A stretch of 63,864 nucleotides of DNA, counting the filler, from Sphacelaria rigidula (lineage: Eukaryota), in the NCBI GenBank assembly GCA_964200075.2. It is 8 parts of 8 records of this genome, joined end to end, with 100 filler letters (N's around TTAATTAATTAA, not from the genome) between each part and the next. Parts side by side here need not be neighbours in the genome. Positions count along the whole stretch, not along the records: positions 1 to 7,896 come from CAXNAA020013061.1; positions 7,997 to 15,892 come from CAXNAA020013062.1; 6 more parts are not named here. One strand, written 5' to 3'. The notes beneath the pieces are model-generated. The model saw nothing but the letters and a program-made list of their open reading frames with translations. It did not search any database and was not told the DNA's origin. The position numbers and the translations under genes were made by a program. Below, one piece after another: positions 1-11,400 of this stretch (the stretch's first letter is position 1; the number at the start of each line of letters is the position of its first letter).

Positions 1-76
1 GACCTATTGCCCATATCACGCACATCGAGAACGCCTTCTGTTTAAGCGACTAATATCCGCCGTCACACCAGCTCAA

Positions 77-924
77 ATATTGTCCTTTTGATATATATTG
101 TGTTGAGATGCCCTCGGAGACATTGAAGCAACAACATATATTGCTCCTGTCATGATCATGAAGTAATGTATGACAATATACATTGGACATGCATTTGCTC
201 CGGGAATAAAACATTAAATATATATTGTCCATGCCGGCCGTGTACGTATTGAAGTGTCAATATATATTGAGTCGAAGCGATGTGTAGCATATTGTTGCCA
301 TAACATATATTGAACGCAAACCATACAAAAGTATTGCTTTTCCACTATATATTGCGCACGCTCATCGCATAGCTATTGTGCAGCCAACATCTATTGCACA
401 CCTTGCGGAGGAATATATTGAGCGTTTTCGGCATGCAGTGACACATCTTTCAGTGGCGCCCGCGAACATAGAGTTGCTAACCATACTTATTCCAACACAC
501 TTTCTAATATACATGTTGAAAATTAAAATATATTGCTACATCAAACTGTATTGTGACCGTCGGTTCCCTCGTATTTTGTTCGCCTAATATATATTGGACG
601 CATTGACGCACGACATATTGGGGCGGCAATATATATTGACGCCTCGTGTGTTGAGCATATCGAATCATCAATATACATTGACCTCGTGTGGCAGCCAACA
701 TATCACTCGACAAATATATATTGGTGCTTTCTCGCACCAATATATTACTTGGCCAATATATATTGAGGTGGGGCTTGTCGTGGTATATTGTTCGGTCCAT
801 ATATATTGCATGTCGCGGGCCTTGGCATATTGATGGCACAATATATATCGACCCTCTCTCGTGCCATCATATTGCTCGCCTAATATATATTAACCACCCG
901 ACGCGTCGAGATATTGTGCGGGCA

Positions 925-934
<10 letters not shown>
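77..934. repeat. Interspaced ~42-bp-period array: (A)TATTG-N6-CAATATATATTG followed by a variable 18-19-nt spacer, ~18 recognisable units
   Basis: The major motif ends at 100,143,185,227,269,312,354,396, then 553,596,638,680,723,765,808,850,892,934. The minor TATTG motif ends 18 nt before it in nearly all units. Loops and spacers differ between units. Degenerate and out of register at 421-520. Confidence 0.85.

Positions 935-961
<27 letters not shown>
930..961. repeat. (TA)n microsatellite expanded from the last array unit
   Basis: A direct TA run continuing from CAATATAAATAT. Confidence 0.9.
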
Positions 962-962
<1 letters not shown>

Positions 963-969
963 CATATTG

Positions 970-983
970 TATTGTCCAGGGTG
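970..983. mobile_element. Right terminal-inverted-repeat remnant (TATTGTCCAGGGTG) of the CACACC-TIR DNA transposon family
   Basis: Matches the MITE ends attgtccagggtgtg (52476-52490) and attgtccaaggtgtg (15627-15641, 49354-49368). Confidence 0.6.
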
Positions 984-1085
984 CAGAATTTTTTAACGTC
1001 ATCGTACGACTGCTGTACGAGTACACGTCATCTACACGGACGGCAACAGCAACAGCAACAACAACAGCAACAGGATGACCGCAGC

Positions 1086-2828
1086 ATGGGGGAGCCATTG
1101 ACAAATACTCCTACGGCGGACGCAGTGGACAAGCTCGTCAAGGCTGTTGGCGGAACGTTCAACGGGACGGACTTCGATGTCTGGTCCCGCACAGCACAGT
1201 CCATGATCAGCGTGCGGCATTCGGGCATTGCAGACATCCTGGACGGCAGACCATGTCCGTCGACCATTTACAAGAAGACCAAGGGCAAAGCTGGCAAGCG
1301 CAAGAAATATGAAACCTCAAGCATCGAAGATGAAGGAGAGGATGAAGACAAGAATGCAGCAGAAGACTCAGCACTGCATCCCGAGCAATAGCAGCAGCTT
1401 GAGCCGACTTCAACAAGCGGCGAGACTCCTACTTCTGTGATGTGGGAGATGGATGACAACGTCCGGAACGTCGAGGACATCCGGGAGTGGCGCATGGCCA
1501 ACAAGATCCTGTTCCACTTCCTGTTTTTGAGTACGGCAGGACCGGCAGCAAGCTTTCTCCCAAAGTACAAGCCTAGATCAGGCATGTTGCCAAACGGCAT
1601 CGCCGCTTGGAATGGTTTGGTGAAACAATATAAGAACCCTTCACGCCAGCGGCGTCGTATTATGGCAAAACGGCTGTCTAACATGAGAGTGCAGCAAGGT
1701 CAAGACCCGGACGTCTTCTGCAACGAGCTATTTTCGTTACGAGATGAACTGGCGGAGGTGGGTCGAGTAATTACGGGCGACGAGATACTGGACATCATCC
1801 TGAATGGGCTGACGGACGAGTACACCCAGATTCAACTGCTTGCGGAATCGCAAGACACTTTCAATCTTGAAGACGCGATGTTCACCATGAGGAGCATGTT
1901 CACAAACCGTGTCGCAGAAAACGGGCTTTCGCATGCAGCGAAGGGTCGCACCTCGGCGATGACCGCCACAACGGCAAAATACTGCAACTACTGCAAAAAG
2001 CCTGGTCATGACATCAATAACTGCTTTAAGCGAAACAACAAGAAGAGCACAAAGAACAACGGAGGGGGAAGAAGTAACTGGTGGTGCTTCTTGTACAAAA
2101 CCAGTCTTCACGATAATTCGACCTGCAAGGCGCAACGACAATGGGGCAACGATCCTGACGATCAGCGGCAGCAAGGGCAGCGCGGCCGAGGACCATGTCA
2201 CAACATCGGACCACGGCAGCAAGAAATATCCCGCTTCAGCGACAGCAGACAAGGATTCTTCAGCAACAGCGGACAAGGCCGCTTCAGCAACAATACTGGA
2301 CAAGGAGGCGTGAACAACAGCAGCGGACAAGGTGGTAACAACAACACCACCAACGCGGCAGCACACACAGCAACAGCGACACCGGGGTCTACTACTGTGG
2401 TGGGGCACTACAACGCAGCCGGATCATCTACTCTAACTTCCGCGACTGTCACCACTCAACAGGTTTCAGATCCATCGCCTTCATACCCTTCACCTCCTCC
2501 CGGAATGGGTTACTCCTTCGTCGCCACCAGCAGCCTGAACACCGTCGCTGCTCCTTCGCGCTTCACCATGACTGCCGACACCGGCGCCACCAACCACTTC
2601 GTCGACCCTGACTTGCTTCCAAATGTTAAGCACCGAATGATCGAGTATCAGAAGTACGACCCGCCGATCGCCATCAACGTCGCCGGCAAGGGAAAACCCG
2701 AGGGCACCGGCAGAGGAAAAATGAAGGTCGTCACACGGGACCAAACCGGGGCCGAGCACAAGGTCCTGCTGCCCTTCACCATCGCACCAGGGCTGGGCGT
2801 CACCTGTTCTCGGGAGGAACAGCAGTGA
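1086..2828 (+). pseudogene. gag: Copia gag + aspartic protease (in-frame TAG at 1389-1391, frameshift near 2800)
   Basis: Gag helical region (WNGLVKQYK..QGQDPDVF..ILNGLTDEY), zinc knuckle CNYCKKPGHDINNC and protease motif ADTGATNHF. ORFs 972-1391 and 1437-2828 share a frame. Confidence 0.9.
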
Positions 2829-3036
2829 AAGAGGGATGTCATTGGTTTTTGATGGTTTCTCTTTCATTGGAATGGGAAACTTCAAGCTGCCTCTTCGACA
2901 GGACAGCTCCTGCACCACCATGTACTACTTGGATCTGGCTATCGCACCGGACAGCATCTGCACTTAACACGGTTTTATAACCGTCTCCGGCGCAAATCTG
3001 CCGCCTGAAAGAGCGAATGTAGCATCCAGTGCCTCT

Positions 3037-4110
3037 TTGATCCAGGACACGGAAAAGGAAACAGCATGTACCACCTCAACGGCTACATCGATGGCCAACA
3101 CGTGGCATCAGCGACTCGGACATCCCAATGCCCAAGTGCTACTAGAAGTCAGGCGGATGAGAGAGAGCGGGGTAGCGTTTTCCGACTCCAACCCAGCGTG
3201 CGGGACGTGCAAGATAAACAAAAGCACACAGCGGAATCATCCCAAGACCAGGAGCACAGGCGCCACGTAACGACTTCAACTCGTTAGCACGGACCTTCTA
3301 GGGCCCGTCACTCCAATTGCGATCAGTGGCTACCAGTGCATGGCCAAGTTTACCGATCATTACTCCAGGCTTAAGGCCGTCTACTTCCTCGAAAGGAAAA
3401 GTGACGCCCTTTCTTCTCTGGTACGGTTCGTCCAAGACCTCGCCATTCCACTCGGTCTACGGGTACAACGTCTACATTCGGACAACAGCGGGGAATATGT
3501 CAGGATTGCGTTCCGCGACTACTGCAAAACTACGGGGATCATACAGCAGTTCAGCTCCGCGCACACGCCGCACCAAAACGGCATATCGGAGCGCGACGGG
3601 CGGACCATCGTGGACATGACCCGCTGCCTCCTGAACGAAGCGGGTCTGCATGAGCACCTATGGGGGCGTACTCATTTGTTGCTTGCCTTAGTCATTTGAC
3701 CATTGACCACGCATCCCTTTCGAGACGGAGCACCNNNNNNNNNCGGAGCACCGTTCCTACTCCTAATAGAGACACCTCCAACATTCTGGCGCTCATTACT
3801 TTCCTTCTGTAGCTCTATGGGGTGAGATTGCGGCAACTGCGGTACTCCTCATAAACCGCCTACCGCACAAGGCTCTTCAAGGGGACACGCCCTACCATCG
3901 TATGTTCGGCAAGCAGGCAAGCCTTTCCTTTCTTCGGATCATCGGCTCCAGGGCCTTTGTCCACGTCGAAGGTCATACCACCAAGCTGCAGCCAAAAGCG
4001 TGGGAAGGTGTTTTGGTTGGCTACAACGACGACAGCCCAACCATTCGTATCTACGATCGGGCTGGGGGACGCATTATAACCTCCCGGAATGTCACCTTCA
4101 TCGACCCGGT
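3037..4110 (+). pseudogene. Copia pre-integrase and integrase core, disrupted by stops and an insertion
   Basis: WHQRLGHP..CGTC, DLLGP, DHYSR, HSDNSGEY and PHQNGISER, then LWGEIAATAVLLINRLP after the insertion, and SH3-like KLQPKAWEGVLVGY..SRNVTF. Confidence 0.9.
3666..3814 (-). mobile_element. SINE-like dispersed repeat inserted into the copia integrase
   Basis: Flanked by an 8-bp direct repeat CTATGGGG (3658-3665 / 3815-3822). Removing it restores HLWGEIAA. Contains a 9-N scaffold gap at 3735-3743. Confidence 0.75.
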
Positions 4111-4480
4111 TCCGGAACCCCTGAGCTGTACCATTCTTCCGGATAGTGAAGAAGAAGAATCATCGTTCGACACGGCGGATCTGGAGCAAATCCACGACGG
4201 AATTACATTCCTGGATTCCAACAAGGACAACGGCGAAGGTCACAAAATCAACAACCGACAAAAACAGCGCTTCAAGGAACCACTGGGTTCTACACGACGA
4301 CTGTGTTCATCCGGATCCGTTGATCCTTTCCAAAGAGAGATGAATAATCCATCACAGTCTCAGGCGCGACGACAGCTCAACTTCGCGCAGGAAGATTCAT
4401 CTCAAGCGATGCTGGACTCAGTGACCTCGTACATCGCAGCAGTGGGCATCGATTAAGTTCGTTCTCCTGCAGCAATCCAA

Positions 4481-6030
4481 GTGCCCAACACCTGCACGCA
4501 GGCAATGGACTCACCCCAGAGAGCGGAATGGAAAAATGCCATGGACAAAAAATGGACAACCTGGCCGACCACGAGGTGGCGGATCTCGTCCCGTTCGACT
4601 CCGTACCAGCCGGTTGCTCCATCATCGGCACGCGCTGGGTTTATCGGATCAATACGGATGGGCGATCCAAGGCAAGAGTCGTCGTTCAGGGCTGGGCGCA
4701 ACAGCACGGCATAGACTGCTTCACCACATTTGCACCGGTGTACAGGATTGGAAGCCAAAGACTTCTATTGGCGATAGTGGCTGCCCAGAACTCGCCGGTC
4801 ATCGCCATGGACGTGCAGACAGCGTTCCTAAACGGTACCCTCTCCGAAGTGGTGTACACGTTTCAGGTGCCACGATTCGAGAAGTTCGAGAGCACCACTG
4901 GCAAGTAGCCGGGTTGGCGTCTGCGCAAGAGCTTGTACGGGCTGCGTCAACCTCCGAGCGTTTGGAACTCAACAATCGACGAGGCTCTGCGCACGGACGG
5001 GTTCACACCTACAGCATCTGACCCCTGTGTCTACACTAAGGGCAGCGAAGGCACCTACTGCATGCTGACACTCTTCGTCGACGACATTCTTCTCACGGGC
5101 CCTTCTACAGACGTGCTGCATCAAGTGCGTCAGGAACTTCAGCAATCATTCAAGATAACTGATCTAGGTCATGCGACTCAGATTCTGGGCATCGACATTC
5201 ATCAAGACCTGGAAAACGGCACAATAAGCCTCAGCCAGGAGAAATACACCATGTCTGTGCTCCAGCTTTATGGCATGGATACGTGCAATCCCTCGCACAC
5301 TCCAGGGACAGGAGCCGAGCTCAACAACGCAACTGGTAAACCTGCACTTCTTTCCGCAAGCGAGAAAAAGGACTACCAGAGCCTGGTGGGAAGCCTCATC
5401 TTCCTGGTGAATTGCACAAGATTCGACATCGCGCATGCCGTCATGCAGGTAGCACGGCACATGTCAAGTCCGACCACCGCGAGCGCAGCTAGCGCCAAAA
5501 GGATTCTTCGGTACCTCAAGCGCAACCCAGGTCTCGTCATTGCTGACAAGCGCGCCAGCGACTTCAGCATTACCTGCTACAGCGACGACTCCTACGCACC
5601 TGGACCATCAAGCAAACCCATCACCGGATCAATGGTTTCTCTGAGTGGAGGGCTCATTCACTTCGGCAGTCAAGTTCAGCGCATAACCGCACAATCGACA
5701 TCGGAGGCGGAGCTCATCGCAATGAACAGCACCGCCAAGCACGGGCTCTACTTCTCTTCTACGCTGGGGGAGCTAGGATGGTCACGGCAACGCACCTTCA
5801 CCCTGCATGCGGACAACCGGAGTTCCCTGACCCTAGCTTCGGAGGCGAACTTCAGCCATAGGTCGCGGCACATCGCCGTCCGCTTCGCCGCACTCCGCGA
5901 ATGGATCCGTCAAGGCATCATCAAGCTAATCTTCAGTCCAGGCCGCCACATGTTTGCCGACCATTGCACCAAGTACTGCGTCCGCGACGTACAAGACAGC
6001 CTCATGCGGCAAACCCTCCAGTCCAAGTGA
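4481..6030 (+). pseudogene. pol: Copia reverse transcriptase + RNase H (frameshift near 4550, stop at 4906-4908)
   Basis: KARVVVQG, MDVQTAFLNG, LYGLRQ, LFVDDILL, YQSLVGSL, YSDDSY, STSEAELIA, ADNRS, SRHIAVR, ADHCTK. Confidence 0.95.
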
Positions 6031-6601
6031 CGACGCCAAAACTCAAGGATCGGGCTCCTCACCATCGCCATGGGATAGTCCGGGCGGAATCTTCTGTACA
6101 TCTCGTCATCGACATGTTCTCCCGCAACGAGCTGTAGGGAGAGGAATAATATTCCGCCAAGAGCGACTCTACGCGTCGTCCGCAGCGAGAAACATCTTCT
6201 TCTGCCAGAAGAGAGCAGCAGACAGCAGTATATCACTGCAACTTGTCTTTCTTGTGTTTCTTGCGCATATTCGTATAGCGCCCACGGGCAACTCTTCACG
6301 TATGATCGTAAAAGCAGTAGCTTATAGCATATGCTCCGGAGTAGTAACCACAGAAGATCTGTGCATACTTTCTGCATTTCCTGAGTAGCTTGAATATCTA
6401 GGCTAAAATTGTTGACTTCTTGTAGGCAGCATTCTTGCGTTCTCTATATTTGCTACATCTACCGTACATGCTACAGAAGGAAGCGCGAGAGATCTTTGTT
6501 CGATCTCTGTTAGTCGCAAGTGGGAGTAATATCTTTTGCGTAAGTGTTTTTTGCATCGAGATACTCCTTTGGATTAATTTCCTTTGAGACGACTTTCCAT
6601 T

Positions 6602-6953
6602 GAGGGGGAGTGGTGGAATATTCAATGTAAGTCATTGGTAACGACTACTATATATCGTAGGTTATCATAAACAAGGAAGAAACCTTTTGAGTGTTCCAAA
6701 AATAGTCTGCGGTATATTCTGCGGTACATTATGTTTCCAGAACAAGTTGTCAGAGGATTGATTAATGGGGAGTTGTCGGTTGTAATATCCCGCGAGTGTT
6801 CTAGACGTGTGGAAGTTCTGGAAGTTCATTAGCTGATCGGTAGGCTCGCACACTTGGCGCTCGCCCACCTCATCACTCCTCTACTATTTCTCTTCTCATA
6901 CCCTTCTCTTCCATGAGTTAGAGTCTTCGGCCACATAAGCACCAAGTTCAACA
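6602..6953 (+). repeat. Polypurine tract (6602-6610) and 3' LTR (~6611-6953)
   Basis: GAGGGGGAG is directly followed by TGGTGGAA...TTCAACA, an imperfect TG..CA inverted terminus. The right boundary is inferred. Confidence 0.65.
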
Positions 6954-7896
6954 TCTCCATTCTCAAGTCAAGTGACTCAACCGTCATTCTCTGCACCTCT
7001 GCATAAACTGCAGAAGACAGTTGCCACATCGGCACACCATCAAGAGTGAAGCCATATTCCTTCACACGCGGACGGTGGGATTGGTTCAAATTGAGCAAAA
7101 TTACCAAAGAGCCAGAACCTTGGGTTTTGTAGATGCAGGACCTCTGAGGACCGGTCAGCCGGGTAGGTCATTCAATACAGGCTGGTTCAGGGTAAACTAC
7201 CTTACATACTGTTATGGGCGCGCCTGACCCCCCAAACTGGGCAAAAAACGTGTCACCGACCAAAATCACGAAAAGACACGAACATATCGACTTTTGGGGC
7301 TTATTCAGGCTCGTCGGATCAAATATGCCTAACGTCATCGGAAGAGAACGACATGGATCCCAAATTCATTTAGAGAACCCTACCGTTACTTTCTTTGTCG
7401 TTCCACATATATTGAATGCCACTGCATAGCTTTTCGTCCGTGCTTGCGATACTCTGGAATGCCAGGAGGCTAGTTGGGTCGATCCAACTCAACGCACACC
7501 AAAAACCCTCGGGCAAGGGGGGTACATACATTCTCTGAACAAAGTGAGGCCTTGGTAGACCCCAAATTTGCGCCTGTGGCGCCGATTTTAACGAAAGCAC
7601 GTCCTGCTCACACGAGGAGCCCACGGGAATGTCAGTGCTACTTGAAATCCGATTCTTGTTGTACACATTCAAACCAAGTAATATCAACCATGAACATTTG
7701 TAGCCCAACGCCTGGAACGGGAACGCTGAAACATTTATTTTTGCAAAACCATATGCTCAATATGCGACAGAACCATATGTACTGATGAACTACGACGAGG
7801 ACGGTCCTTATACAGACGAGTGGAGTACCGTCGCCGGGTGTGTCATGTAGGCTGGGCGGATGTTGGTCGACTTCCTCGTCATGTTTATCGAGTCAT

Positions 7897-7996
7897 NNNN
7901 NNNNNNNNNNNNNNNNNNNNNNNNNNNNNNNNNNNNNNNNTTAATTAATTAANNNNNNNNNNNNNNNNNNNNNNNNNNNNNNNNNNNNNNNNNNNN
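7897..7996. other. Artificial contig linker N44-TTAATTAATTAA-N44 (also 15893-15992, 23889-23988, 31885-31984, 39880-39979, 47875-47974, 55870-55969)
   Basis: An identical 100-bp spacer with stops in all frames separates segments of 7896 or 7895 bp, as in size-sorted contigs. Confidence 0.98.
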
Positions 7997-8065
7997 ATCC
8001 CTTTCGAGACGGAGCACCGTTCCTACACCTAATAGAGACACCTCCAACATTCTGGCGCTCATTAC
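7997..8065 (-). repeat. Fragment of the SINE-like family at a contig start
   Basis: Near-identical to 3714-3799. Confidence 0.85.
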
Positions 8066-8474
8066 GCGAAGAAGGGGAGGAGTTGCAAACTAGACCAAAA
8101 TATGTAAAAACAGAGACACACGCCTGAGAGGAGCAAACGCATGACCGCTGGAAAAGCTCGACTGGTTGCTAGTCATTGTAACAGACCGAAGCCGAGGCGG
8201 AACAAAAAACGCACGGTAATGGCCAACATGCCGAAATTGAACACCACGCGGGCATTCAAAACTTCAAGTCTGTGATTCGTGCGTCATACGATCACATTCC
8301 TACTCGATCTGCGGTGAAACCTGCCCCAATTCAAAGGGAATGCAAGTCCGATTGCATGTTTTTATTTTTGCATGATTTTTGACGACACAATCCACGTCTA
8401 CAACCCCACACAGCTGTCCTCAGCACAGATAGCTCCAAGTGACCGCCGCCGCCAGCAGAAGCACGAGTTCTCAC

Positions 8475-11400
8475 CTGTAGAGCTTGAGGGCGAGATCTAG
8501 CTGCAGCCGCTCCGCCCGACGGAAAGCTGCATTGAAGCGGAGACCTCGCTTGAGCAGCTCGCGGAAACAGCTCATCAAGCCTTCCAATCTCTCGCGGGTC
8601 AGCCTCCGCAGCTCCGAGTCCGCACTCCTGAGAGACACGAAGATAGCATAGGCACGAATACAACACAGGTATGGCTTGAACACAGGAACGACGCTAACTC
8701 ATCCCAGGAATAAAAAACACGTATAGCCACAAGTGCCACCTGAGGAGACCGCGAAGCACGGGCAGCGTGAGTGAAGCCGAACTGCGTTGCCGCACGAGTA
8801 CACGCGACTGCAGCGCACAGTTTTGAGGTGCTACCGTGTGAAAAGATTGCCGTCTGAAACGAGTTCTCCATGACTGCGGGGATACGCGCAGACTGAACAT
8901 GAACCCGTCCAAAGCAGACATGCTCCATAGCGTCCGCACTAGTCCCCCCTCGCCATCTCAAGCACTCACTCTTTTGCTCGAGCAGCCAAATCGACACCAC
9001 CCACGGTGGGTCTTGATCATGACACAAGTCCGGCTCAGCTTACAGCGTCGCGCGATTACAACAACGCCTGGAGCATGACATATTTCAACAATCCATATTC
9101 CAAAATTCCCATGCCGCCGCACCCTCGTGATCTAAGTGGTACACCAACAACCATCAGCAAGCGAATGCGGAAGAGATTGCGTCTTCGAATCCTGATAGAT
9201 ACGGTATTTTCGACAGAAGCTGCTTCTCGCCGTTGAATGAGAGCGACGAAAACGAAGTTTGACGAGAGGCCACAGGATACGGCAGTGCTGCTAGTCAACA
9301 TTCAATCGTCGATAACAAAATGTCAGGCATGTACAGAGGGAGCGGTCGGTCGATCCTGCTAAGGCTATGGACTCGTCCCGCGCTAGCGGCAAACCCAAGT
9401 ATGAGGGGGAACACATAACGAACTCTCTACGCCCAGGATAAAGTAAAAACACACAAAGCTCAAGATGCCGTATAAGCAAGCCGGACATCCGACCCCTGCA
9501 GCGGCCAACCCCGTCGCAAAGTACGAGAAAAAAAGCACCCAGTATCTCTCATGTGGTGGGTAAATCATTCTAAAACCCACCCACAAGCGACACGAACCCC
9601 TTCCACCGCGTTGCCCCCACTACTTCCCCAATTCTCCGACAGCTCTACCCACCTCTTCAAGGCAGCGGAAACTGCCGTGGCCGTCTTTTCAATAATCGCA
9701 CGTGCCACCCTCCTCGTCAGCAACGCCCGCACCGAGGACACCGCCACCAGGGCATATCGTAGCGCCTCCAGCGGAACACCCTCTGGAGCCGCCCCCGCCC
9801 CCCCCTCCGATTTCTTCACTCCCCCGCCCTCCCCCGTACTGGCCACCGTAGGCCGTGGCGGCAGCGGCGGCCTACTTGAAACGGCGATAGGCGATTCCAC
9901 AGCAGCATCGTGGCGCTCGTCTCCCTCGAGAGAATCCACTGGGTTTGTCACTACCGTGGAAGGCGAGGTTGTGGATGGGGGGGGGCGAGGGGGCAGGGGG
10001 GGAGGTGCCCCTGCAAGGGGCGCCCGCGCCGGGGTTGGGAGCGGTAGTGCTGGTTGTCGAATGGGTTCTGGAGGGGAGAGACATGCGATGAGTGATTCAA
10101 AGCCTCCTGCTTGACCGAAGGCGTTTACGTTGTCGACCTGGTGTACGGCGAGATAGGTTCGTATTGGCGGATGAGCGTGGACGATAGGAGACGGGACGAG
10201 GGGTGCTTGTGCAAACTGGCTAGACAACGTAGATGTGTCATCATATGCATTGTAGCCGGAGTACTACATGAAGACCGCACGAAGACCACGCATCAAGGTA
10301 CAACGAATGCGAAATAAGCGACCATAGTTTTGATAAGCAATCCAATCGCGTGGCATCGCATCTTTCACAAAAAAAAAAACGTTCCCCCCCCCCTGCCCAT
10401 ACACACTGTAAAGTTCCGCATGCAGCAGATATTCCACCCCCCAATAACTACTGCTGCCATATTCCAGCCTCCAAAATGCGCACGCACCAAAAACGGAGCG
10501 CCGTCCACTGGTGCACGGGCCACCGCGAACACCAACTTCCCATCCGCGGTTAAGTAAGGATCATCGATATCGTTAACCGGGCACTGCGGGACGAAAATAT
10601 CAAACGCAGGGGGCACGCGGTGTGTCGTGGTCGGCAGAAGGTGAGTGAGACAGCTGACATCCGCAAGAAAGCACGATGGATAGGATGCTACTTTACAGTG
10701 CCATATGCAGCGTTCTTCAATTCTGGGTAGCAAACCAACTGGGCACCGGTCTCATGACACGAAACAACACTATGAACGTCAGTCAACCATCTTAATAGCA
10801 ATCCAATAGTGGCGACGCTCTCGAAAATGCCAAAACGTGAGGAGACTTGGCACTTTAATGTTTTTTAGTCCGTAACATATTTTTTTCATTACCGCTCATC
10901 ACCCTACCCTTCCCGCCCTCCTGAACGTGAAGCAAAAACTAGGGCAACTTGCGACTACAGCTGCAGTAAATGTTCTACCCCATCATTATCTTGCCATTTT
11001 TTCCTGGTAGCTGAGGGCAGTGTCACCATGTCTACATTCGCTCACGCGAAGCACGCGTCTAGAAACCGCGCACGCTCATAACGTCGCAGAGGAAGGACCG
11101 CGCATGGCCACCATTGCAACACGCAATCCGATAAAATCTCCCTGCCCCCCCCCCTGCAGTACGAACGGTGCTCCGTCTCGAAAGGAACATGTGATCAATG
11201 GTCAGACGACACAAAAAATGAGTACGGCGCCGGTTGGCGATGACGCTGTAAAGCACGCCTCGCATCGCGTAAGCTAGGCAACCAGGTTACCGCTTTTTTT
11301 GCACGCTTGCTTTCTTTTCGCGGTCATCATGATGATGGTCGAACTAGATCATATTGTGCGGCGTGGGAGAACTCCAACTCCGCGCAAAGGGAGATGATCG

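Larger units (their letters stand above)
1086..6953 (+). mobile_element. Degenerate Ty1/copia LTR retrotransposon, no 5' LTR in this contig
   Basis: Domain order is gag-protease-integrase-RT-RNaseH (copia order), with several stops and frameshifts, followed by a polypurine tract and a TG..CA LTR. Confidence 0.95.

Noticed and set aside
50-930. Short ORFs over the array with QYIL/IYI/NIY repeats
   Set aside because: The 42/43-bp period shifts the frame, so the ORFs are by-products of the DNA motif.
77-934. Calling the array a true CRISPR
   Set aside because: The repeats are too degenerate, the spacers are only 18-19 nt, there are no cas genes and the context is eukaryotic TE DNA. It is reported as an unexplained interspaced array instead.
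1386-1394. Programmed stop-codon readthrough in gag (CAA TAG CAG)
   Set aside because: The element has many other stops and frameshifts, and a CAG-to-TAG mutation is the simpler explanation.
3726-3752. CGGAGCACC duplicated around the 9-N gap
   Set aside because: It is an unmerged contig overlap, and other copies of the repeat have the motif only once.
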